Shown here: positions 1 through 6,757 of the stretch, in pieces
Layout of the letters: every line of letters begins with the position of its first letter
Numbering within the stretch: position 1 is the first letter of the stretch
DNA from: Candidatus Electrothrix yaqonensis
Lineage (GTDB): Bacteria > Desulfobacterota > Desulfobulbia > Desulfobulbales > Desulfobulbaceae
Assembly (NCBI GenBank): GCA_047651235.1
Contig: CP178758.1
Location: 2,880,001-2,912,000 of the forward strand
DNA length: 32,000 nucleotides
Reading direction: 5' to 3'
Notes under the pieces: generated by a model
What the model was told of the DNA's origin: nothing
What the model saw: only the letters and a program-made list of their open reading frames with translations
Databases searched by the model: none
Position numbers and translations under genes: made by a program

Positions 1-633
1 GAGCGAGGTCTGCACGGCTTCGGCCAGCTTTCGGATCAGATCAATCAGCCGGTAATGCTGATACACGGCCAAGACAAAGAGCAGAGTATATTCGGAATCA
101 GTTCGGCTGGAAAACTCTGTGCGGAGAAATTCCTGTTCCGGTCCAGGCCCTGGCTTGACATGCGCGGCAATGCCTTCGTTGGCAGCTAAGAAGCGAACAT
201 TGGCAAAAGTCTGCACTGGCACAACATGCCCGGTCAGGGCTTCAAGCGGCGCGGGCAGATAGTTTTCATTCATACCTCTGGCCAGCCGCATCAGGTTTTC
301 TTCGTCAGCACGGCTGTATGCCGGGACGGCATCCTCCGACGGGGTGATGAGCAGGGGCTTGAGCAGGAAGCGGTCAAGGAGCATGGATTTCCAGCCCGGC
401 CCGGCCAAATCGGCAAAGATTTCGGTGACTGTGATCGACTTCAACTCGCCGGTCAGCACTTTGATCAGCTTTGAATCATTACCCTGAAAACGGTCCTGGA
501 CAATCTTCTGCTTGCTGCGGCCGGGGTTGCCTTCCTTCTGAGCTTTGAATTCTCTGGCAAGTTTTGCAGCCTGTTTTTCCCGATAGCAGAGCTTGTTCGT
601 CAGCATGACAGCCAACCGGGTCAGGCAGTCCGC
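1..633 (-). pseudogene. Distal part of an unknown-function gene split by an IS insertion; runs off the left window edge
   Basis: The minus-strand frame is open from 633 to base 1 (..ADCLTRLAVMLTNKLCYREKQAAKLAREFKAQKEGNPGRSKQKIVQDRF...LAVYQHYRLIDLIRKLAEAVQTSL). After removing 634-1791 it joins in frame to the ORF starting at 2184 (..PEINADC|LTRLAV..). No family recognised by eye. Confidence 0.7.
624..633. repeat. Left copy of the 10-bp target-site duplication GGCAGTCCGC of the ISAs1-family element
   Basis: An identical 10-mer abuts the outer side of both terminal inverted repeats (624-633 and 1782-1791). Confidence 0.85.
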
Positions 634-1781
634 CAGGGCTGTTCAATTCTATAAGAGCTTGTATTTTCAAGACGTATGCAGTAATTGATACAGAAAAACT
701 TTACACGAGGATTCTGCATGCTGTTTTTTTGCTGAACACAATCAAAGATCATCGACGCGGGCAGGGCCGGCGATATGAGCTTACGCATATTCTTCTGTTT
801 TCGATCATGGCGATCCTGAGCGGTTCGGATTCTTATCGCAAAATCCATCTGTTCGTTGATGCGCATCGTGAAAGGCTCAATGAATATTTCGGCCTGGACT
901 GGAAAAAAGCTCCTGCATATACAACGATCCGCACTGTCATTCTGAATACTTCCGGTTCGGAACTTGAGCGGATTTTCAGGGAGCACGGCAAAGCTCTCGC
1001 GGAAGAGGAACCGGACGGAGAATTTATTCATTGCGACGGCAAAACTCTCCGGGGAAGTTTCGATAACATGAAGGATATTAATCAGCTTCAGATATTGAGC
1101 GCTTTTGCCGGCGACCGCGCCGTCGTTCTCGGCCATGAAGAAATCAAGGAGAAAAGCAATGAAATCCCGGCGGCGCGGAAACTGATGAAAGAACTCGGTT
1201 TATCCGACCGCATTTTTACCTTCGACGCCCTTCATTGTCAGAAAAAAACTCTTCAGGCCGCCGCTGAAACGGGAAACGATGTGATTGCTCAGGTTAAAAA
1301 AAATCAGAGAACTCTCCTGAACGACTGTGAAAATATCGCGAATACGTCTGTTCCTGATGATGTTTTCACGGAGCCTTTTGAAAAAAAACGAAACCGTATA
1401 GAGAGTCGCAAAGTGGAAGTTTTTATCAGAATCGATCGATTTCGTCAGGTGTTTGATACAAAGAAGAAAAAATGGAAAAACACTCATGAGACATCCTTTT
1501 ATGTTTCAACAGCCGGTTCGGACGCTGAAGAAATATGTCAGGGAATCCTGGGGCATTGGCGGATCGAGAATGGAAATCATTATGTTCGGGATGTTTCTAT
1601 GGGCGAAGACCGCTCCCGAATTCGTTGCAATCCGCACATATTTGCGAAACTGAGAAGCTTTGCTCTCAATATTCTTCGTAAGAACAAGGTGAAGAATGTC
1701 AGCCGGGAGCTTTTCAGGAACTGTATGGATATAAATCGTCTGTTTGATTACGCCGGGATTTTCTAGAATTGAACAGCCCTG
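634..1781 (+). mobile_element. ISAs1-family insertion sequence (1148 bp), apparently complete
   Basis: Perfect 18-bp terminal inverted repeats: CAGGGCTGTTCAATTCTA (634-651) and TAGAATTGAACAGCCCTG (1764-1781). Flanked by a 10-bp direct repeat and carrying a single transposase ORF. As I recall, CAGGG termini and 8-10 bp duplications are the ISAs1-family hallmarks. Confidence 0.85.
729..1766 (+). CDS. ISAs1-family (H-repeat-associated type) DDE transposase
   Basis: 345-aa ORF. The N-terminus reads ..IKDHRRGQGRRYELTHILLFSIMAILSGSDSYRKIHLF.. (typical DPR-x-RH-L-ILxIA..CG..S motif region). The C-terminus reads ..GHWRIENGNHYVRDVSMGEDRSRIR.. (typical HW.IEN..H...DV.F.ED signature). The start is TTG at 729. 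An ATG at 718 lies in another frame across a T7 run. Confidence 0.85.
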   Translation: MLNTIKDHRRGQGRRYELTHILLFSIMAILSGSDSYRKIHLFVDAHRERLNEYFGLDWKKAPAYTTIRTVILNTSGSELERIFREHGKALAEEEPDGEFIHCDGKTLRGSFDNMKDINQLQILSAFAGDRAVVLGHEEIKEKSNEIPAARKLMKELGLSDRIFTFDALHCQKKTLQAAAETGNDVIAQVKKNQRTLLNDCENIANTSVPDDVFTEPFEKKRNRIESRKVEVFIRIDRFRQVFDTKKKKWKNTHETSFYVSTAGSDAEEICQGILGHWRIENGNHYVRDVSMGEDRSRIRCNPHIFAKLRSFALNILRKNKVKNVSRELFRNCMDINRLFDYAGIF

Positions 1782-2184
1782 GGCAGTCCGCATTGATTTC
1801 CGGCATGATTGGCTGTACTTCCAGATAGAGGAGCAGGTATTTTTCTTCGAGGCAGAAACCGCCCGCGCGGGGAAGGCAGACGGGCAGCTGGTCAGAGCCA
1901 ACCTGCCATGTCCCATTCTTAGTGTCGTTCAGCTCGTTAAGCAAAACCTGCGGCATGGTTCTGAAGACCTGATCCTTTTTGAAAATTTTTCCAGCAAGGG
2001 GGTACAGGCGATGCAGGGCACTTTGCACTGCCTTGCTGCCCTTTTGATCCGGCTCAAGAAAGGGTGCCTGATGACTTCCTTTTTTTTCTGTCCATGTGAA
2101 AGTCGGCGGGTCGGCATCCTTTTCTTTTTTATAGATATTGAACAGGGTCAGGCTGAATGAAGCAGTTTCGTTACGGTTGGCCAT
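1782..2184 (-). pseudogene. Proximal (N-terminal) part of the IS-split unknown gene
   Basis: ATG at 2184 preceded by a purine-rich RBS (agagagaggaaaac). Translation: MANRNETASFSLTLFNIYKKEKDADPPTFTW...LLLYLEVQPIMPEINADC, then read-through into the IS (PGLFNSRK..). 403 nt here plus 623 nt on the left side give 342 in-frame codons, still open at the window edge. Confidence 0.7.
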
Positions 2185-2197
2185 GTTTTCCTCTCTC

Positions 2198-2304
2198 TAT
2201 AGCTGGAGCAGTATAAACTGAATACAGGATCAGCTATCTGAAAGGCGTGAAGGCAAAACTTATGCCTCTTGTGGGCATATTCAAATTATGTTGCTCCAGC
2301 TATA
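2198..2304. repeat. 13-bp perfect inverted repeat (TATAGCTGGAGCA / TGCTCCAGCTATA) separated by 81 bp, next to the RBS of the split gene
   Basis: Arms at 2198-2210 and 2292-2304 are exact reverse complements. The inner arm lies 14 nt upstream of the ATG at 2184 on the minus strand. Confidence 0.5.
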
Positions 2305-2679
2305 CTGTAAAATTCAGGACGTGCAGAAGCAGGGCGTCCGTAGTATGTTCAACAGGGTGGGTGAGATAGTGTTTGCCTGGAAAACCAAATAATAGTCTGA
2401 TTTTTCCGTACCTGCGAGGAGATTTCGGGCAGACACGCAGGTCGGCCCCTGCAGAATTATGGGTATTTGTTTGATTTTCGGTTAAAATATGACCCTGAAA
2501 AATCCTGGGTCGGTTTCGGGGCTGTTTCGGGCCATTTTTGCCGGTCAGAGGGAAAAATCGGCTTATTTCGGGAAAAAATTCGGATAAACCTTTTTGAATC
2601 AAGCAGTTGAATTAAGTTTTCAGTATCGTTATATCGTATTGAATCTACGTCATTATTCACCAAAACCAACACAGTGTAG

Positions 2680-2694
2680 GACCTCCTGCAAAAC
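2680..2694 (+). repeat. Solo third copy of the terminal-repeat core of the IS5-family element (GACCTCCTGCAAAAC)
   Basis: 15/15 identity to the reverse complement of the right IS end (4244-4258) and 14/15 to the left IS end (3227-3241). No similarity beyond the 15-mer. Confidence 0.5.
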
Positions 2695-2738
2695 GGAGTC
2701 AGAATCATACTGCGGAGGGGAGGTACTACAAAAACCGC

Positions 2739-2768
2739 TTGACAAGGGACTGAATTTACGGGTACAAA
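2739..2768 (+). promoter_or_regulatory. Possible sigma70-type promoter for the toxin-antitoxin pair
   Basis: TTGACA (2739-2744), an 18-nt spacer, then TACAAA (2763-2768), about 80 nt upstream of the ATG at 2846. The -10 element is weak and the spacing is suboptimal. Confidence 0.25.
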
Positions 2769-2845
2769 AAGAGGCAGAGTCACAATGACACTCCGGGGCG
2801 CCCTGGGTTATGACAGCTCTGCACTGAAATGAGAGGAAATGAGTT

Positions 2846-3067
2846 ATGGAAACGTTACCTGCCCAAATGACAAAAGAGGAGCTGATTGAGACGATAGAGA
2901 ATATTGTTGAAAGAAAACTCGCTGAGTTTATCGAGAGAATCACAGAAAATGAACTCAGGCCTGAGGTGACGGACCGTCTGCTTGCTCAAAAAAAGCAGGT
3001 GGCCTCCGGGGAACGCGGACAGCTGCTTAACCGGATAGCTGAAGAGCTTGACCTGGTCGGCATATAA
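2846..3067 (+). CDS. Putative type II antitoxin (small acidic protein)
   Basis: 73-aa ORF preceded by gagaggaaatgag. Its stop overlaps the start of the downstream RelE/ParE-like ORF (TAATG, 1-nt overlap), which is classic TA coupling. No specific family recognised. Confidence 0.55.
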   Translation: METLPAQMTKEELIETIENIVERKLAEFIERITENELRPEVTDRLLAQKKQVASGERGQLLNRIAEELDLVGI

Positions 3068-3264
3068 TGTATGAAATTCGGATTCTGGATGAAGCTGTCC
3101 GTGATTTAAAACGCCTGGATAAATCTGTCGGACAAAGAATTGTTCAGAAGATATCGTGGGTTGCAGAAAATTTTGACAAGATCAACAAAGAACAGCTCTG
3201 CGGTGACCTTTCCGATTTCTACACAAGACCTCCTGCAGAACTGCCTGTTCTTCTCAGGCGGTGA
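3067..3264 (+). pseudogene. RelE/ParE-family toxin, 3'-truncated by IS insertion at about 3226
   Basis: MYEIRILDEAVRDLKRLDKSVGQRIVQKISWVAENFDKINKEQLCGDLSDFY matches the usual RelE/ParE N-terminal pattern (..A..DLKKLDK....RI..K...L.EN......L.G.L.g.Y). The expected continuation (.LRVGDYR.IY..) is replaced by IS-derived codons (TRPPAELPVLLRR*). Confidence 0.7.
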
Positions 3265-3293
3265 GGTTTTTCCCTTTTTCAAAATTTTCCGCT

Positions 3294-3938
3294 TCAGGCA
3301 GCTTTCTTCATTTTCCGTGCCGCAACCTTCATATTCACTATGCCGGATATGATATTTTTCTTTATATTATGGCCTTTAAGCCTGTTCCGGTATGTTTCCG
3401 ACATGATTTTAAATACCTTCACCTCTCTTATGACATGCTCAACTTTGATACGTTTTTTCGATAAATCAAGATTATATGCCTTCTGTTCGGCGGTCAGTTC
3501 ACCGTTCCGGGGCTTTTTAAAGGGAATTTCGGCGCGCCGGTCATATGCCGCGATTCCCTGATATCCGCTGTCGGCCTTCTTCGGAATACCGTGAAAACGC
3601 TCCCGCCCCTTCTGTTCCTTATATATCCTGAAATCATGAACACTTCCGGGATACGACGCCGAAACCGAAAAAATCCGTCCGTCGGGACCGGCGGTAAACT
3701 GCGTTCCGAGCGTGTGTTTTCCCTTCTTTCCGCTGTAATACTTCTTCTGTCCTTTCTTCGGGCGCTGAACCGGCTGTTCCGTCGCATCGATTATCAGGTA
3801 TTCCGCATCTTCCCGTGTGATTTCACGCTTTTTTTCAATATGAATCACCCGTACCGCGATTTTTTCCATCCGTTTCACTGCGCGCATCACCGTCGTCTCA
3901 TCGGAATCGAAGAAAAAACTGAGGAACTCATATGTCAC
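3294..3938 (-). CDS. IS5-family (DDE_Tnp_4-like) transposase catalytic part (orfB), -1 frame relative to orfA
   Basis: Candidate DDE residues sit in ..LIIDATEQPVQRP.., ..KKADSGYQGIA.. and ..RIKVEHVIREVKVFKIM... The frame is open upstream to about 3975 (..LIYYRCYVTYEFLSFFFDSDETTV), which continues the orfA sequence logically. This is either a programmed -1 frameshift or a 1-nt lesion. Confidence 0.7.
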   Translation of the reverse strand: MTYEFLSFFFDSDETTVMRAVKRMEKIAVRVIHIEKKREITREDAEYLIIDATEQPVQRPKKGQKKYYSGKKGKHTLGTQFTAGPDGRIFSVSASYPGSVHDFRIYKEQKGRERFHGIPKKADSGYQGIAAYDRRAEIPFKKPRNGELTAEQKAYNLDLSKKRIKVEHVIREVKVFKIMSETYRNRLKGHNIKKNIISGIVNMKVAARKMKKAA

Positions 3939-4162
3939 GTAACAACGGTAATAGATAAGCGAAGACTTCGCAGGAGCATGGCGAGAAGGTGGTTTTCAGC
4001 TCCTTCCAAGTTGTGCTTTCTCCCGCCCTTTTCAAAATTATCTCTCCGCTCTTCCCATAAAGGGCGGATCTTTTCCGTCATTCCGTTGAAAAGATCAATA
4101 TCGACACCGGTCAGACGGCGGAATGTTTCAGGGCGGCGGGAGAGTTTTTCGAATGTGAGCAT
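3935..4162 (-). CDS. IS5-family transposase, N-terminal HTH part (orfA)
   Basis: MLTFEKLSRRPETFRRLTGVDIDLFNGMTEKIRPLWEERR...HLLAMLL. GGAGG lies upstream of the ATG at 4162; an alternative upstream start exists at 4234. The ORF ends at a stop inside the overlap with the -1 frame that carries the DDE domain. Confidence 0.6.
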   Translation of the reverse strand: MLTFEKLSRRPETFRRLTGVDIDLFNGMTEKIRPLWEERRDNFEKGGRKHNLEGAENHLLAMLLRSLRLSITVVT

Positions 4163-4235
4163 GATTTTCAGACCTCCGGGGTTGATAATCGAAAAAGTGA
4201 CCGAAAAAATATCAGCATCCGCCGTTTCTGTCAAA

Positions 4236-5252
4236 TCACCAAGTTTTGCAGGAGGTCTGATAGACCTGCCATATCTGCAGATTGGTTAAAAGTGCCCACT
4301 TGATGCCTGAATACGCACCATACGAGGTTGCCTGAAATATCTGTTTATCACGCAATGCCATTCCGGCCCGTTTCACTTCGACAACAAGCACATCGTTATC
4401 GTCCACAGTCAGAATATAGTCAGCCTTTCGGCCCTGTATCTTTTGTTCAGCTTTAATTTCCTCCATTTTATACCCGAAGATATCCATAAACATCCTGTCC
4501 AGGATCATTCGCGTATTGCTTTCATTGATTTTCTGTTCAACTGCGGATTGAACATACGGGATGAATTGGACGATACCTTTTCGGAGAGCATGTGTTTTCT
4601 CCGTGAGAATCTGCTGCTGGGAACGTCTGGTTCGTTTTAATCCAGCAGCTATATTTTCTTCGGAAGATTCAGTTCCCTCTTCCTGGTCCGCATCGATATC
4701 GACACCAAACTGAGAAGCCAGAGCATCCAGTCCGCCATTGAATCCCTGCCCGACCGACCGAAACTTCCAACTATCCTGGTGCCTGTATATCTCGCCCAGC
4801 GTTAAGGCAATCTCCCGATTTGCATTTTTTACTTCATAACAGACAAGTTTCTGACCCTTAAACCCTTTTTCAAGGATTTTTATGAAGATCTGATCCACCA
4901 TGCTGAAATTCTGCTGCCGCTCAACAGCATGATATATCGTCAGGACAATCACGACCTTTTCTATTTCTTCGGAGAGTTTTGACAGGCAAATGTGAAACTC
5001 GCTGTCATGGCGCAGATTCTGCGGCGAGCAATCCAACAAGAGTGCGTTTTCCTGATCAGCGGTCTGATTGTAAAAGATAAAATCTCTGTCACTTCGGACT
5101 GTACCGTCCTTTTTCAGCAGAAAAGCACTGGCATCCAGCTCAAAATCATCGCTGCGGTTCTTTGTATGCCAGCCCAATGCGACCACGATATCATCTGTTT
5201 TGGAACCACTGCCGCTGATAATGCAGTTGCCTCCCCGCTCCAATGTATTCAT
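4236..5252 (-). CDS. Divergent TerD-domain protein fused to a C-terminal PD-(D/E)xK (HsdR-N / restriction-endonuclease-like) domain; the last codons derive from the IS
   Basis: The N-terminal ~185 aa has the TerD-family layout (..VVALGWHT..FELDASAFLLKKDGTVRSDRDFIFYNQ...EIYRHQDSWKFRSVGQGFNGGLDALASQFGVDI) but lacks the GDNLTG.G.GD.E calcium-site motif. An acidic and helical linker follows. Then ..RKADYILTVDDNDVLVVEVKRAGMALRDKQIFQATSYG..IKWALLTNLQIWQVY shows the D..(E)VK core plus the LTNG-like strand typical of HsdR N-terminal nuclease-fold domains. AGGAG RBS present. The final codons (the third base of the Gln codon, then TSCKTW and the stop) fall inside the IS terminal repeat (4239-4258). Confidence 0.75.
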   Translation of the reverse strand: MNTLERGGNCIISGSGSKTDDIVVALGWHTKNRSDDFELDASAFLLKKDGTVRSDRDFIFYNQTADQENALLLDCSPQNLRHDSEFHICLSKLSEEIEKVVIVLTIYHAVERQQNFSMVDQIFIKILEKGFKGQKLVCYEVKNANREIALTLGEIYRHQDSWKFRSVGQGFNGGLDALASQFGVDIDADQEEGTESSEENIAAGLKRTRRSQQQILTEKTHALRKGIVQFIPYVQSAVEQKINESNTRMILDRMFMDIFGYKMEEIKAEQKIQGRKADYILTVDDNDVLVVEVKRAGMALRDKQIFQATSYGAYSGIKWALLTNLQIWQVYQTSCKTW

Positions 5253-5326
5253 TTTTCTCTCCTGAAGACAGTATGTTTTCTCCCGCTGCGCAGATTTTTC
5301 CTGACATCCGATATCGCCGGACCAAA

Positions 5327-5965
5327 TCAGGTCACGATATTAATCTCCGGCGGCGGAGGCGGCAGTTCGTCCAATGTGGAGACATCCTTTTTACTCAGGT
5401 CAATTTTCTGGCTGCTTGAGCTGACGCTTGCGGAAATCCACTGGAAGAATTTTTTGATTGTCTCGGCATCAAGCGTGTCAAGCCGGACAATAACTTCAGT
5501 TATTTCCTTCAGCACATCAATTTTCGCTTTTGCCCCGGCAGCACAGGCTATTATCATGCCCGGTTTCAGTTCCTTGAGCTCCTGCAGAATGCTGCGCCAT
5601 GCATCTGTCGGGCCGCCGTCGGTCATGAGGAAAATAAGGGGCTTCCAGTCACCTTTCCGTTCCGGCGTGGTTTTGATAACCTCTTCACGGATTTTCTCTG
5701 CCGTCAGTTTTAACGCAGCTCCTAATGACGTGGTGCCCTGCGCCCGGATTTCCGGCGGCTGAAACGTGATCAGGTCGGTGAGCGGAACAATCTGTTGCGC
5801 ATCCGTATTAAAGGTGATGACGCTGAGAAAGGCTGTTTCCAGGGCATAGGGATCCTGGCGCAGGGTTGAGGCCAGAATCTGCACCCCGCTGTTTACAGCG
5901 TCAATCGGCTCGCCATGCATGGAGCCTGAGTTATCCAGCACAAGGTAGACAGGAAGGCGTCGCAT
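5327..5965 (-). CDS. terY: TerY-type von Willebrand factor A (vWA) domain protein
   Basis: MRRLPVYLVLDNSGSMHGEPI.. carries a MIDAS DxSxS motif, followed by ..GTTSLGAAL.. and ..LIFLMTDGGPTD... The size (212 aa) and layout match TerY. AAGGAGA RBS present. Confidence 0.8.
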   Translation of the reverse strand: MRRLPVYLVLDNSGSMHGEPIDAVNSGVQILASTLRQDPYALETAFLSVITFNTDAQQIVPLTDLITFQPPEIRAQGTTSLGAALKLTAEKIREEVIKTTPERKGDWKPLIFLMTDGGPTDAWRSILQELKELKPGMIIACAAGAKAKIDVLKEITEVIVRLDTLDAETIKKFFQWISASVSSSSQKIDLSKKDVSTLDELPPPPPEINIVT

Positions 5966-6054
5966 TGCATATTCTCCTTAAAAGAATAGGTAGATATAAC
6001 AAGTAAACAAGATAAAGCAGAAGGACAGACAGCTCCGCGTGGTGATAATATGGT

Positions 6055-6088
6055 AACAATGCCGCCGGGTCGGGGCAGCGGCATTGTT
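6055..6088 (-). other. Perfect 11-bp-stem hairpin in the terD-terY intercistronic gap
   Basis: AACAATGCCGC (6055-6065) and GCGGCATTGTT (6078-6088) flank a 12-nt loop. No U-tract follows on the transcribed (minus) strand, so it is not a canonical terminator. Confidence 0.4.
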
Positions 6089-6111
6089 AATCTGATTTGA
6101 TCCGGCCGGTG

Positions 6112-6699
6112 TTATCCGGCACTCAGCCCATAGGTGGCGCAGGCAGCTGCCAGCCCGCCGGAATATCCTTGGCCCACAGCAGTGAACCGCCATTCCCCGC
6201 CCTTTTTGTAGACCTCACCGAATACCATCGCTGTTTCCATGGAATAATCCTCGGTCAGGTCAAAGCGGACAATCTCCTGATTATCATCATCATTGACAAT
6301 GCAGATAAAGGCATTGCTCACCTGGCCGAAATTCTGTCCACGCCTGTCAGCGTCATGAATCGTGCAGACAGCGGCTATTTTTTCCACATCCGGGGCCTTA
6401 AGCTCCAGTTCATGCAGATCGACCTTGATAATTTCATCAGCTCCGCTACCGCCGCCGGTCAGGTTATCGCCCATATGTTCGATAGCCCCGTCTGCCCCGG
6501 TGAGGTTATTATAAAAAATAAAATCCTGATCACTTCTGGCCTTGCCAGCCGCATTCAGCAGAAAGACCGAGGCATCCAGATCAAAGTCCTCCCCGTCCGT
6601 GACCCGTTCATCCCATCCCAGGCCGATGGAAATTTTCGACAATCCGGGAGCTTCTTTGGATAACGAGATTCTGCCGCCTTTTTCCAGTGAAATGCCCAT
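6112..6699 (-). CDS. terD: TerD-family stress protein (canonical)
   Basis: MGISLEKGGRISLSKEAPGL..IGLGWD...DFDLDASVFLL..SDQDFIFYNN...GDNLTGGGSGADEII.V.L...FGEVYKKGGEWRFTAVGQGYSGGL. Both TerD calcium-site motifs are present. AGGAGG RBS present. Confidence 0.9.
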   Translation of the reverse strand: MGISLEKGGRISLSKEAPGLSKISIGLGWDERVTDGEDFDLDASVFLLNAAGKARSDQDFIFYNNLTGADGAIEHMGDNLTGGGSGADEIIKVDLHELELKAPDVEKIAAVCTIHDADRRGQNFGQVSNAFICIVNDDDNQEIVRFDLTEDYSMETAMVFGEVYKKGGEWRFTAVGQGYSGGLAAACATYGLSAG

Positions 6700-6757
6700 A
6701 ATGCAACCTCCTTACTTCTTTGTACGAATAATCTACTCTGCTTCGGTCAAAAACATC

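Larger units (their letters stand above)
3226..4258 (-). mobile_element. IS5-family insertion sequence (about 1033 bp) with a two-frame transposase
   Basis: Imperfect terminal inverted repeats: AGACCTCCTGCAGAACT (3226-3242) versus the reverse complement of 4242-4258, AGACCTCCTGCAAAACT (16/17 identical). Encloses an HTH ORF plus a DDE ORF. No flanking direct repeat is visible, and both flanks are truncated genes. Confidence 0.8.

Noticed and set aside
621-1136. 171-aa minus-strand ORF, and 1506-1916 / 1744-2160 ORFs around the ISAs1 element
   Set aside because: They are antisense to or out of frame with the transposase or the split gene, and they cross IS boundaries.
3591-4289. 232-aa plus-strand ORF inside the IS5-family element
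   Set aside because: It is antisense to the transposase frames, and it crosses the IS boundary, which a real IS gene would not do.
4992-5762. 256-aa plus-strand ORF
   Set aside because: It is antisense to the TerD-nuclease and TerY genes and spans their intergenic gap, with no motifs.
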